A stretch of DNA of 64,000 nt, taken from the NCBI RefSeq assembly GCF_006345805.1, contig NC_043001.1:34906001-34970000 (forward strand), in the 5' to 3' direction. Shown here piece by piece: positions 38,651 to 52,687 of the stretch; the first letter of the stretch is position 1; each line of letters starts with the position of its first letter. The notes below the pieces were generated by a model that was given only the letters and a program-made list of their open reading frames with translations, made no database searches and was not told where the DNA came from. The position numbers and the translations under genes were made by a program. This stretch comes from Octopus sinensis (lineage: Eukaryota).

Positions 38651-39815
38651 TAGCATTAAAGACCCGTCGTTGCCGGGTCATAGTGCTAGTGCATGTATAT
38701 ATGTGTATATATAGGTGTACATATTACATGTACATTTATATATATACATCTACACATAAAATACAAAGTACAAAGTTATATCTTGATATCGCTAGTGATA
38801 ACAATACTCAAAATATATAACAGACTGGAATTGTTAGCCCTTCTCTTGTAGTTTCGATCAATTGTATCTTGTCCTCCCTCTTGTATAGAAGTTTGACTAC
38901 AATCCAGCCTACTTCTACTTCTTGGTGGGGGTGGGATTTTTAATTTTTTTCCGGGACGTCCTACGTCCCAGATATATAGGTAAAAATAAAATATTTCCAC
39001 TTTGCAAGTTCGAGTCGAGTACTCCCTTGCACGCTCCGTTGACTCGAACCTTGCTTCTATTGTGGCGAATTTACCGCCTCTGATTAGATACATTTCATAG
39101 TCGCACCAAGACACTTTTCGAAGGTACTTTCCTCCAGGTGTTCAAATATTCTTTTTTCTCTACATTGTATACTTTATAGACAATAGTGTTTTCTTTGATT
39201 TAATTTTTTATTATTCATCTGGACTATTCCATTTCTGCACGGTAATTTTATTTTAAATTTATTCCCATTCATGTGAAACCACTTATTCAAGTTCAAATCA
39301 TTGATGCAATTTTATACCAATTGCTATTTTTACTTTTGTTATGTTACGATTATACTAGACTTTAGTTTGATTTAATTATTACTTACTACATATAATTCAA
39401 TTGTTATTATTATTTTTATTGTTAAAGTGAAAGTATCTGACATAAAATAGAGAAACGTTTTTGTTTCACTTTTAACACGTAATACTGAAATAGTGGAGAA
39501 GATATGATATTGCTATGGGCTCGCTCTAGGCAAGAAGTTGAACATGGACCCTAAGTAAGGCATGTGTAAAATTTGAATGGAATTGGTTGTGTAGTTCTCA
39601 AGTTTTAGGGAATCGTAGTGGAGAAGATATGATATTGATGTGGGCTCGCCCTAGGCAAAAAGTTCAAAATTTTGTTGCCGATGACACTTACCGGACCCTA
39701 AGTAAGGCATGTGTAAAATTTGAATGAAATTGGTTGTGTAGTTCTCAAGCTTTAGGGAAACACACAGACAGACAGACAGACAGACACACATTCTCAGTTT
39801 TATATATATAAAGAT
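38648..39815 (+). mobile_element. Helentron/HINE (DINE-1/Lep1-like) non-autonomous rolling-circle element
   Basis: 5' TACTAGCA..GACCC-GTCGTTGCC-GGGTC..TGCTAGT hairpin; 3' AAATTTGAATGAAATTGGTTGTGTAGTT..(GACA)n..CAGTTTTATATATATAAAGAT; internal tandem duplication at 39491-39759. Confidence 0.65.
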
Positions 39816-39959
39816 TATATAAACAAGTCAAATTGCGATAAAATAAAAATAATTATTATCGCTGGTATTTCTAGCACAAGCCATATATTTTTCATATATC
39901 AGTACATTAAGGCGAAATATGTGCTAGGAACACAGAAGCTAGGTTATATGAGATACAAA

Positions 39960-40193
39960 TTGAGACAAGAACGCAAAGCATCCGGACAACTAGGTGATAC
40001 AAAAAGGGACAACAAAATATCCAGATAGACGATGCTAAAAAACAAGGACGGGTCATTTGAAGCCTTTTATCCTCAGGCAAGGAATGTAATGCCCTTAGCT
40101 TAGTTTTTCCTCGGGGCTGTCCAGATTGGAGCAATCTCAAGATTAATCAGCGGAAATTGCGAGGCTATACAGTGTATATAGCGGCGTACATAC

Positions 40194-40200
<7 letters not shown>
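39960..40200. repeat. Rearranged, partly inverted copy of the 10905-11180 repeat
   Basis: 39968-40078 is co-linear with the 11-kb copy; about 40080-40200 is reverse-complemented relative to it. Confidence 0.75.
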
Positions 40201-40272
<72 letters not shown>

Positions 40273-40313
40273 ATGCATATACTTTATAAAAAGGAGCAAA
40301 AATATCACAAAAT

Positions 40314-40351
40314 CTGCTACTCAGAGTTTCGCGTTCCCGTTCGTCGGACAG
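40314..40351 (-). ncRNA. Degenerate minimal hammerhead motif
   Basis: CTGT-CCGACGA (core T to C)-A-CG-GGAA-CG-C-GAAA-CTC-T-GAG-TA-GCAG. Confidence 0.55.
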
Positions 40352-40395
40352 TTTTGTTTAGAATCTAAATGTTTCGCATGTTTATGCTTACTCCA

Positions 40396-40514
<119 letters not shown>

Positions 40515-40539
40515 TATATACATTCATACATACACACAC

Positions 40540-40585
<46 letters not shown>

Positions 40586-40901
40586 CAGAATCGACACCTG
40601 TCAATACCTAAATGCACGCTCTAACATGCTCTTCTTACTCAATACTATGGCCTTGATATGTTATTCACTTGCACATCAGGATATTTATGTAACGAAAAGG
40701 CGATACACGATATTCATTATTTAGTTGCAATACTCCACAGAATTAACGATGTCGAAAGACTTCATCAAAATTCTATTGCTGAATCATTGGCAAATGGAAT
40801 TTGCTGCATATTTCATGCCTGTACTGCAGACTATATAAACGCATATACATGCATACATGCATACATACATACATACATACATACATACATACATACATAC
40901 A

Positions 40902-40933
<32 letters not shown>

Positions 40934-41103
40934 AGCATGCATACATACATGCATGCACGCATGCATACATACATATATGTTTATGAGTATATGTATATAT
41001 ACGCCTGTCAGTCTGTCTGTCAGATTTCTTTCTATCATCTATCTATCTACGTTCCTATGTATGAATGTATATATGTATGTATGTATGTTTGTATATATGT
41101 ACG

Positions 41104-41164
<61 letters not shown>

Positions 41165-42779
41165 ATCTATCTTTCTTTCTGTCTATGAATATATATAGAT
41201 AGACAAACAGACAGACATTAGATAAATAGATAGATATATACACACATACGCAAATAATGAGAGAGAGAGAGAAAGAGTAAGAGAGTAAAAGAGAGAGAGA
41301 CAGTGAGGGAAAAAGAGAGTGAGGCTGATAGAGAAAGTGAGAGAGGGTGAGAGAGGTAGAGAGAGAGCAGTTTAAGACAGTAGAACTTAAGAAAGTACGG
41401 AAAGTAATTGACACTTTGACGTTCGTAAAATATTGATGAGGAAATTCCCTAGTAGTGACAACACGAAAAGCAGATAGATTAATACATCAATGCAACGGGT
41501 GTATTTTTATCTATTCCAATAATAGATTTACTCTGTTGTGTTTGCTGCAAATATCAGCATGTAAATGAATCCAGCAACATCGAGGTGTCTCATTGACAAC
41601 CGCGTCAACGGAATAGAAAGTCATTTGTTGTTAGCATGACGGTGTTACTTAGATGGTTAGGCTCCATTTCGGAACATGAGACCCTATTTATTTATGACTT
41701 TCTACACGAGAAAAAGCCGATATAAAAAGGAAGGAAAAAGGAAACCCTAAGAGATGCATGTACAAGCTCACATGTGCACAGTAACACACGAACATACATA
41801 AACGCGGAGTTAACGTGTGAATGCTGACATAGTGAGAAATGCATATATGCACACGTTAGAATTTAAGGCAGGATAACAGATCAAAAAACATATGCACCAA
41901 AGCACACAGATGCTTGCCCGTTGAAGAAGAAGCATGTATGCTTAGGTCAGTCGTGTTTGAAGCTGAGGTCATCTCAGTTCTATAAAATATGGGAACCAAC
42001 ATAAAAAATTATATTAGACTGTGCGAAAGTGGTTTCAAAAAGAGTTATGTCAACTACTAATCTTCTTTGAAGCACGTGGCCAAGAAGAAAAGCACAAAAC
42101 CAGCAACAATATACCATACATCAAATGGAGCAGTGTCAGCAGCTATTGGATATATACTAACGGGTCAAAAAGTTCGGACTCTGTGGAGCTAAAACAATTC
42201 GCAGCTTCTATAAGATCGAAGAACCGTATCGACCTTTCAAAAGCAAAATCTCATATTTAAAAAAAAATGATGTATGCTTCTTGACAAGTTTCTATTATCG
42301 AACTGGAAAACCTCCATTTCAGAGGATTGGACACACAGCTTAACGCACTAGCCTTTCCTACATTCGACCCATGGGATACAGTTTGATTTAGAAGCAGTCT
42401 ATCAATGTTAACTATATGGTTCACGTAACGGACCAAAGGGACACAGTCATTACTCCTTTCCCTTAAAACGTTTTCTTCTCGTTTTGTTTTTACGCATATT
42501 TTTCTAATTCTTTACTCGCATTTCGAGAGAAGCCTTATCTTTTGAGCTTGAGCTATTGCCAGATCCTACATGGTTCACTATATAAGCACGTCCGATTATT
42601 GCACTGTATAGGCATGAAACTTGAAATAGCTCACATTTAACACCTGTATTCATTGACTGATACTTATCTCTCAATGGATTGAATATGTTTTGTTGCTTCT
42701 ATCAACAAGCGACGGGTACATTATATTTATGTGCATGTGTATGTGTTTGTGTGCCAGGGCGTGTGCATGTGTGTGCTTG

Positions 42780-42824
<45 letters not shown>

Positions 42825-42834
42825 TTGACGTAGA

Positions 42835-42890
42835 CGCCTCTGATGAGGATCCAATATAAGATTCGAATAATGTTGTTCAGCATTTATTTT
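42835..42890 (+). ncRNA. Degenerate hammerhead motif
   Basis: CTGATGA-GGATC-CAATATAA-GATTC-GAAT-AATG-TTGTTCAG-CATT. Stem II is intact, the GAAA region is altered, stem I is not evident. Confidence 0.45.
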
Positions 42891-42940
42891 ACTACGGACT
42901 AGTAGCGTTACAGGCCCTGTTTAGAAAACTACTTTATAGG

Positions 42941-42992
<52 letters not shown>

Positions 42993-45640
42993 TCGCACAC
43001 ACACATATATTTGTGTAAAGCAATATTTAAGAACTTCGATTACACTAAGAAGTGTGAAGATATACTCTACACAAAAATTCTCGGGAAAATCCCCTCCAAG
43101 ATGACTTTCATGAAAACACATTCGGCTCTGAATGAAGTAATTGGGTTACAGACGCTATACGTTCTGTATTCTTTCGCATTGTCAGCTACAAGCGCCAAAT
43201 CTGAGCAACATGTACTTTCTTCAGTTTGGAGTCGATAAAAAATTACGAATTCTAGGCACTGAATGGACGGAACTGCTTAAAGGACGGGTTATATACCTTG
43301 AAATATCTCTTCCAGTACTTCGCTCTCTGACAGCTCAGCCTGCTATGATTCGAAGAATATATGGTACAACTCTCAGAAATTTCATATATTTTTTATTTCT
43401 TCTCTCGTTCTCTCATTGTTCTACTTGATTTATCCTACAAAATTATTTCCTCTTGGAAAGATCTCACTTGCACAAAGTATAGAATCTTTACCATTTTGCA
43501 ACCAATATTCTCTCTAGAATAGTCTCTGTCTTATTTTGTAGAAAATATCAGAATTAACTATGCGCCATAATACCACTTTGGGCAACTAGTACTTACTTTA
43601 ATTGTATCAGAATGATAAAGCAACGAAGTCTATCATCACTGGATTTAAACTCAGTAAGATAACAGCTATATCACATAAATTATTTAATCCATCACTTTAT
43701 CTTCTAAGCACAAACCGGTATTCCCCTGTTGATTAGTTACTTTCCTTGCTTCTAATAGAGTAAACAAGGCCAACTTTTATGACAGACAAAATTACGTCTA
43801 GTATGTTATTGTTACTTATTCTATTGACACCCAGAGAAATATAAAACAAGGCAGATCTTGGCAGAATTTCAACAGAAACAATTTCTGGAGAGAAAATTAA
43901 ATACAGTATTTTGTTTTTCTAATAGGTGACTTCGTTAGTTACAGCTAAATCACAGAATTTTATTACCTTCATATAGAGAAGTTATTGTGTAGGTTTAGGT
44001 GAGTAAATATATGATCAAATGTGACCCATTCACCAATCATACGGACTTTTCTCTTTAAGACGCTGTATCTAGTGTTATTGATATAATCAGTTCTTTTCAT
44101 TTTTAGGACTGGGATGTATTTTGAAGAAAGGCTGGCTGGTATATGTAGCAGATCGAACGAAACGGGGGATGGTCACTCACTCACAGCTTAAATATTTCAA
44201 CTACTAAAAATCTAAGCACCGTATTATATTCTGTTGGTCGCTGATATATAGTTTCAAGTCGACTTGAAACCGATTCTGTCTGATAATTATGTTAGGATTA
44301 CCTGAGTCTTTGGAACACTCGCTTCTCAGGCTAATCAACTAATCAGGCAGTTCAGCTGATTGAACAACTAAGAGCTCATGTCTAGAGAAATTACAAGAAG
44401 TACCAAACATACTACATCATCAAATCTGTACTGAGAGGATACTAGAATGATAAGACTGTGCAAAACAGTAACTGTCAGAGCCATGATGTGCATTCGCCTT
44501 GTATGAGGGAGCTTTTGCGTGGTTGTCCGACCTCAAATTCTCTTTCAAATGATACCACAGTATCTTAGATAAGGAAAGGTCCATTGGGCAATGTAGTTCT
44601 TAGATTTTATTGAACAGAGATCTACCCTATCAGGTCAGGCCTGGCGCTGAACAACTACAACAAAATCCACGACGTCAGATGTACATAAGTAAAAGAGAAT
44701 GTGGAGGAAATGCAAGATGTACATATGAGAAACTATTGCTTCTTAAGGGCATCGCAGTGCCCTCAATTATGTCTTCAATTTGACAAGCAAAACGCAGTTG
44801 TCGAACACTATGAATGAGTTGTTCTTTTCCATTCGACACAGACAAACAGACAAGCAGATTGACAAGCTACACTGTCACGTGTGGCATACAGAGAAGCGCA
44901 TACGTCCATACTAATATGTAGATTATGCATAGTCTAATGAATATGTCCACATCTGAATTTAAAGTTTTGTGTTAATAGAAAGATATAGAAAAATAGAATA
45001 TCACAGAGAAAGAGAGCGTAAGAAAGAAAGCTAAAGTGCCTGGGAGACAGATAATTAGGAAATGATTCAGAGAAAGGTTGTATAGAATATCGAACACCCG
45101 GTTTGAAACGCATGCACATGTTAACTGATTAATATAGAGATCGAAAGACATAAAGAAAGAGCAAATTGAATGGTACAAGAAGGAAGTGTTAAATAATGAG
45201 TATGGAGTAACATATTAATGTTACGTATGTTAGGTGTTCTTGTGTTTAATTAAATTCTTTTCAAATGGACCCATTGTTGAGCTGCGTTGTTCTTGTTAAT
45301 AATAGCTCAACTTCTAAATTAGCTAAAATAAAGTGGACAAATTTCCGATTTAATAAGATTAGTAATAAATTTATTTGAAAAGTTCTTAAATTCCTCGTAA
45401 GAAGTAACATTTCATTAACTATTACGTGTATTTAATTTCAAAAGTTATTTGTAAGAAGTGCGATAGGAAAGATACTTGGACGTCGAAAAGTAATGTTATA
45501 GTTGTTTATACTAGGTTTTTATGATGACCCTCGAGTGTTTAATTTGCTTAAAGTGCCATTTGTCTAACCTATATCTTGTCGACTCGACTGGTAATTTCTT
45601 TAAAAGCTTCATTCTTAAGATATGTGTTGTTAATGTGGAT

Positions 45641-46001
45641 GGAAGCACTCCGTCGGTTACGACGATGAGGGTTCCGGTTGATCCGAATCAACGGAACAGC
45701 CTGCTCGTGAAATTAACGTGTTAGTGGCTGAGCACTCCACAGACACGTACACCCTTAACGTAGTTCTCGGGGATATTCAGCGTGACACTTGAAATACAGG
45801 TACAACAGAAACAGGAAGTAAAAGTGAGAGAAAGTTGTGGTGAAAGAGTACAGCAGGGATCACCACCATCCCCTGCCGGAGCCTCGTGGAGCTTTAGGTG
45901 TTTTCGCTCAATAAACACTCACAACGCCCGGTCTGGGAAACGAAACCGCGATCCTATGACTGCGAGTCCGCTGCCCTAACCACTGGGCCATTGCGCCTCC
46001 A
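45641..46001 (-). mobile_element. SINE family C (tail type 1)
   Basis: Close match to 15215-15596 with a short internal deletion. Confidence 0.92.
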
Positions 46002-47683
46002 CGTCGTTAATGTAATTGCTGGATAAACAGACTACATCAGGATTTCCTGAAAAATCGTAACATTTCTTCAGGTGGAATATTTGAATGAGGGGGTAATACT
46101 AGCGACGATAAGTTTTAGGGGAGGCAAAAATGAGGTTAGAACCCTGATATGTTTTACTAAACAAGAATAAATGGTCTTCCAAAATTTCTTTCATATTTAT
46201 AGTCTTTAGTCGACCATGTACCGCAGTAACTTCCAAATTTTTACGCTATCGCTGTTGTGAGATAGGTCTTCCAATGTTAGGATGCTGACTTGAGCAAAAT
46301 ACAGTTAAAGTGTGAAATAAATATAATTGAATGAAGAGGACAGTATATTTAATATTCAAATTTAGCTTTCTAAGAAAACCGTCGCAAAAGACTGCTTTCC
46401 TTACGCCTAAAACAATAATTCTCTTTAGAATTGGGTTCATGCTGCATATCATTGAAACAAACATGTTTGAGAAACAGCGGCAGCAGGTCGCTAGCTCTTT
46501 CTCAGAAAACGAGTATTGATTGTCTCAACATTTTGGGGAAAATCTATGTTGTGTGCATTGAAGCAAATCAATGAAAATTTGGCAGACTTAGGAATCACTG
46601 AAGAAATTTATGAAACTTGCAATTCTTATAAGCCGAAACATCTTTGTGGACGTGCACCAATCGGTAGTCTCGATATCAGTAGACTACTTCAATTGGTTAC
46701 AAATAAATCATTAAAACAGATAATTCCTATAATACTCAAAGAGCTTTAACAATGATTACTCATTCATGGTGATTAACTAGAAGTATACCTCAATATTTAT
46801 GTTGCTGGATAAATTGCACAAAACTGCGTTTCAATTCTCTGAAAGTGATACAGTTATGCACTCATTAACAAAGGAATCACATTAGAAAATGCACATGAAT
46901 TAACTTTAAATAATTAGTGACTGACAATGAAACCTTTTAAAATCTTACCTACAAGATTTCATGTGGCATGATAGTTTTTTTCAGTCTAGGGATTTTTATT
47001 GGTTCCTGTTAGTATTCTTTAAATATTCACCACTTACTGTATTTTGGAATGTTGAGTAATTGTTGTTTCAGTTTACTTCGGATAAAATATGCATTTTTTT
47101 TAACCAATAACCTTTCTGTTTAGCAGAGTGAATTTTGAAGTATTATCCGTATAATTAGTAAAGCTTTAGTAAATTTTTGGAACGCGGTATATATTCATTT
47201 GTTTTCTTTAATCTTTTCACAATAAAGATTCTTAACACAATGGAATATATTTATAGTATCTTATTTATACAAATTACATTCCTTGCAAGCTGGGATGATA
47301 ATTTTATAGGCGGAATAAAATCGGATGATATTTCTGCGGAAGTAGCTAGATGCGGTGAATATTCGGGAGTGCCATAGTTAAACACAAAAGCTAAACACAC
47401 TGTTTACATATACAGATCCAGTGGAATATTTATAACGTGCTATGACTCTATAGAGGGTTCAATCCGATGTTTTAAAATTACAAGATATATATTTTTACAA
47501 GTATTTTGCAGACATAATTATTAACTTCTACAGATTCCCTGAAACCAATTCCACGTGTTTCAATGCCCTGTTTATTCTGTAGAAAATGCTCTAGAGTCTA
47601 ATATCAAAGAATATACTGAGTTAATAATTTTCTTTCTGTAATCTTTGTCTTTTTCAAGAAAAACATAGTATATAATATATATG

Positions 47684-48585
47684 TTCGGTCATCCCATAAA
47701 TAATGCGTTTTTTTTAATTGCATGAACTAAAAGTTGGAGGGGAACGGGATAAACTATCTGCATCAACTTTCTATAACAGCAAGTAGTAATTTTACCTTGT
47801 ACTTATTCTTAGTGCAAGTTTTGAAGAGTGCAGTTCGATTTTAACAGTTTTTCAAATATATAATGCAAGTGACATATGCATATTTTGCTTTATGAGATCA
47901 ATAAAGGCAACAACGCAACGGAAAGTGCGGAGAATATTAATGCAGTATATGGGGATCGAACAATAAGCGTAAGCCAGTGTCAACGGTGGTTCTAGAAATT
48001 CCGAGCCGGAAACTAGAGCCTAGAAGACGAGCCGCTTCCTGGAAGATCTGTAGAGCTCAGCGACGACGTCCTGCAAACATCAGTGGAACAAAGTCCCATC
48101 GTAACAATTGAGAAACTTGCAAAGAAGTTTGAATTTGGTCATTCAACCATTCGTCGACACCTGCGCGCTATCGGAAAAGTCAGAAAATTGAGTTAATGGG
48201 TTCCTCACAAATTTCCATCAGAATAAAGCTCGGCCACATACAACGAGGGTGACATTCCAAAGGCTGGAGTTTGGATGGGAAACGAATCCCCACCCACCAT
48301 ATACACCGGACATTGCTCCATCTGATTATCGTTTATTCCGCAGTCTTCAAAATCATTTGGACGGCAAAAATAGGAATTCTATATACGAGGTCAGAACAAT
48401 ACAGGAGGAGTGTTTATTGTCACGGACAAGTGAATTTTGGAAGAGGAACGTTGTAAGTCTACCAGATAGATGGAAGGGCACTGTAGAAAATGAAGTACAG
48501 TATATTAAAAAAGATCTTTGTTTATCTTAATTTTGGAAAATTAATAATGTATAACAAAATCCGCATTATTTATATGATGACCCAA
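47684..48585 (+). mobile_element. Mariner deletion derivative with both TIRs
   Basis: TIRs TTCGGTCATCCCATAAATAATGCG / CGCATTATTTATATGATGACCCAA followed by TA. HILLYEINKGNNATESAENINAVYG..WVPHK is fused directly to HQNKARPH..PYTPDIAPSDYRLF, so the first-D region is deleted. Confidence 0.9.
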
Positions 48586-50124
48586 TATATGTGTGTCTGT
48601 GTGTGTATTCTTCTCTCTGTGCGAGTTAGTGAGTGTGTGTATGCATGTGCGTGGGTTCGTGTGTGTGTGTGTTTGTGTGACAGTGTGTATGCCAGTTTCT
48701 CAGCAGGAGCTTCTCTCTCACTCCTCTCTCTCCCTTTTCGAAAATGAATACTGAAACTATTTTAGGAAACCTTAGTTCTCAGACTTTAAGTATTTTGTTC
48801 GTTTAATCTTAAATCTATACAGTTTATCAAAGGAACTAGCGCTGAAGCTCGGCTGATATACCAAATCACCCTCACCAGAAAATCAAACGATTAACTTAAT
48901 TCTGAAATTTGCACTGTCTCGGGAAATTGATTATTGATATTAAAAAAAAAGTGCATATATATTTAGATATTTCCCAATATCTTGCATTATGCCTTATTGA
49001 CTCCTGAGGGATCCTGTTTCTAATATTTATTATGATTGAATAGAGTAATAGACTTCATGGTTATAGCTTAAAGTACATTTTATCTACATTTCAGTGATGT
49101 AGTAAGGAAATTACTATGCAGGTTTGAGATGAGATTTGTGTCAATCAATGTTCTTGACTGTTGTCTCTGCTCTGATTTAAAACCTCAACAAAAACAAGCT
49201 TTTGTTTTCGATCTTTCAAGATCGATAAAATAAGGAGCATTGAAGTACTGGGACGGGTTTCCTCAACCGCAACTTACCTGAAAATTGCAAGCATTGTCTC
49301 TATATAAGAAATTCTACGATTTAGTATCATCTAAAATTCAAATTTGATTTAAAAATATGATATTATATAAATATGATATTATTAAAAAAGGGTAACAAGT
49401 TTTGCTTTAAAAATATAACTACTCTTTTCAGATTAAAATATCATAAGCTTTCAATAATCTCAGACACAATGTCTGAATTATTAATTCACTTTTGGAAAAA
49501 AATAGCAGCACTTGTTTTTACTAAATTTCGTAACACACCAAGACAATTCTTATAGCATTAAAAGAACAAAAGAGGAAAAGAAAACGGAAAGCAAATAAAC
49601 TTATTACTAGAAATATGGTCCAACCAGCCAGAAGATTAACAGAACTAGCATGTTGATGCGTTCTAGATACACGTGTACTTTTAAGCCTTATATTTGATAA
49701 TTTTTCAATGCTAACCTTCTTGCTTTTGATACCCCATTTACTGGAAACATTAAGAATTCATCTACTTTAAGTGTCTGTTATATGTCAGAAATTTATACGA
49801 TCGACTATGTTGTCTGTGTGAACTTTACAAACACACATAGAACTTACATTTGTGCAAATGCATATATGCTCAACCTTATCAAAAGACTTAGTTATTGTGA
49901 CACTCACCTGTCCACGTACCTATAGTTGTTAGCTTATCTATATTTCATACATACACATGCATACGTACATACATGCGCGTGCTCACATATAAGCACATAC
50001 ACACACCCATGTGTATGTATGTTTGTATACAAAGATTAATACTTGCAAACATAAATATACATATAGGTATGTGTGTACATATATAAATACATATATAGAT
50101 GAATATGTACATGTATACATAGAC

Positions 50125-50220
<96 letters not shown>

Positions 50221-50226
50221 ACGGTT

Positions 50227-50514
50227 CTCCGTCGGTTACGACGACTAGGGTTCCAGTTAATCCAATCAACAGAACAGCCTGCTCTTGAAATTGACGTGCT
50301 GAGCATTCCACAGATACGTAGTTCTCGGAGAGGTGCAGCGTGACAAAGCTGACCACTTTGAAATACAGATACAACAGAAACAGGAAGAAAGAGTGAGAGA
50401 AATTCGTGGTGAAAGAATACAGCAGGGTTCGCCACAACCCCCTGCCAGATTTCGTGGATCTTTAAGTGTTTTTGCTCAATAAACACTCACAACGCCCGGT
50501 CTGGGAATCGAAAC
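50227..50514 (-). mobile_element. SINE family C, head-truncated (tail type 1)
   Basis: CTCCGTCGGTTACGACGAC..CAATAAACACTCACAACGCCCGGTCTGGGAATCGAAAC. Confidence 0.85.
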
Positions 50515-51899
50515 TGCCTCCACATATGTATATACATATACACATACACATAAATATGTCCAGAAACTTTTATTCACGCGTGCAAATGCTTAAATGGAAC
50601 CATACTTTTCAATATTGCTTGGGAATATATTTGATTGATAACAATTCGATACGTTTAAATTTATGACATTTTACTGATTAATTTTATGAAATTTTCGCGG
50701 TGAATTAAGATAAATACGTGTACACATACGCACACACATACGTGACTGTTCGTGTGCGTATACATGTATGCATGTATATTTTATGTATATTGTTTGTGTG
50801 TGTATGTGTTTGTGCTTTGTGTGTGTTGAATTTTATTCGCCGACCGATTGCAAATATGTAAAGAATTTACAATTTAATATACGAAAGCTTAGTGATAATC
50901 AAACTTATATTGTAGTTGACACTTCAGAGCAAATAATTCTGCCTTATATACTCTCTATTATGTTAATACTATTCTCCTTATCTTCTAATGTCTCTGGTAT
51001 TGTTGTTAATCTTACATTTAATGATTTTACATTCATTTAATTTACTTCTCTCTGTTAAAACGAATATTCAGCTGTCATGCCGTATGCTTTATTTCCTATG
51101 TAAGTAAATCATTCATTTCAGATCGACAAAGCAGATACAAGTTCGATTTGAATTGCCGTTAGGCTCTCACTCTCTCTCTCTCTCTCTTACATATATATAT
51201 ATATATTTTGTACAATGCTACAACACTATGTTTAAAATATGTAATTTGTGAATAATGAGTTTACGTTCATTTAACTTATACGTATATTTGCTTCTTTAAT
51301 CTGAATACTTTATTACTTAAAACTAAAACTGGCCGCCAAGATTTGGTCAACAATCGACACTTTCAGGTCAACGTAAGTAAAATAAAAGAAAAGCATTTTT
51401 AGCCATATCGTAACTATCTTTGCAAATACGTAAGTATTATCCAGACAGGAACGTTGAGTTTATTGACTTAACATGTAGCAGTATACAATGCTTTTTCTTT
51501 CAACCATTCTTTTAATATATGAATAGTAATTAAAATTGAGTTGTGTACAAACATAAGATCTAAAGAGTATCTTACATACACAAACTGTTATAAAATACTC
51601 TTCTTTCTACTCCTGCTACGTTTTCTGTAGATCCATTGATCCCATGATCTTTGTCGTAGTTGCTGCCTAGTCAGCTAGTGTGCTGTGTGCACGTACAATG
51701 AGAAACAGGAACTTTATATAAAGTTTCGTGGATTATTGTCGTTGACGAAGTATTTGTGATTTTATACTAAGGCAGCAATAAGATGCGGGAGTGCTCGGGA
51801 AAGAAACAATTTTGTTTGTAGATAATCTTAGTAATTCTGCATAAGTATATTATTTAAAACACAAAGTTTATATTCCTCGAAACAGTAATACGTGGGAAC

Positions 51900-52026
<127 letters not shown>

Positions 52027-52641
52027 GCTGCCCAGTCTTGGCTAAGAAGGAATATATTCACAGACATGACAGAGTTGGAAGCTACATACATTGGAAGCTA
52101 TGCCAACATTATGGAATAACAACAGAAAAAAGATGGTATAGGCACACACCAGAAAAGGTCACAGAAAACGAGAAAGCAACGATACTCTGGGATATGCCGA
52201 TACACACAGATAGAGAAATTAAGGCCAACAGACCAGATATAGTTGTCAGAGATCATGAAGAAAAAAAATGCTTTCTAATTGATGTATCAATACCGGCAGA
52301 TGACAACGTGTCTCTAAAAGAAATGGAGAAACTCTCAAAATACAAAGACCTGGAAATAGAGGTAACTAGAATGTGGAATCTGAAAACAGAAACATATCCT
52401 ATCATAGTAGGTGCATTAGGCATGATAAAAAAATATTCAGACAAATACATAACAAAAATACCAGGACTTACAAACACATATAACATACAGAAAATTGCAC
52501 TACTAGGCACTGCACACATCCTACGCAGAACACTTTCCATACAATAACCATCAGAGCATCACAACAAATCACAGCACATACCCAAGGCACACAGAGCTGC
52601 GCTCGGTAGTGAAGTGAAAGCACGCTATAAAAATAAAACTA

Positions 52642-52645
<4 letters not shown>
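52027..52645 (+). mobile_element. 5'-truncated R4/Dong-clade non-LTR retrotransposon inside (TAA)n
   Basis: RLE domain plus a 3' UTR of about 100 bp, with TAA repeats on both sides. Confidence 0.88.
52029..52547 (+). CDS. C-terminal restriction-like endonuclease (RLE) domain of an R4/Dong ORF (uninterrupted fragment)
   Basis: CPVLAKKEYIHRHD..IHWKLC..ILWDMPIHTDREIKANRPDIVV..LIDVSIP..EKLSKYKDL..PIIVGALG..LGTAHILRRTL*. Shows RHD, PD..D and K..KY motifs; no internal stop. Confidence 0.85.
   Translation, partial: CPVLAKKEYIHRHDRVGSYIHWKLCQHYGITTEKRWYRHTPEKVTENEKATILWDMPIHTDREIKANRPDIVVRDHEEKKCFLIDVSIPADDNVSLKEMEKLSKYKDLEIEVTRMWNLKTETYPIIVGALGMIKKYSDKYITKIPGLTNTYNIQKIALLGTAHILRRTLSIQ

Positions 52646-52687
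<42 letters not shown>

Noticed and set aside
44251-44270. Perfect 20-bp palindrome GTTTCAAGTCGACTTGAAAC
   Set aside because: Isolated, with no second copy or context; noted only.
46516-47377. ORFs 46516-46749 and 47177-47377 as coding exons
   Set aside because: Weak splice sites and no recognisable motif.
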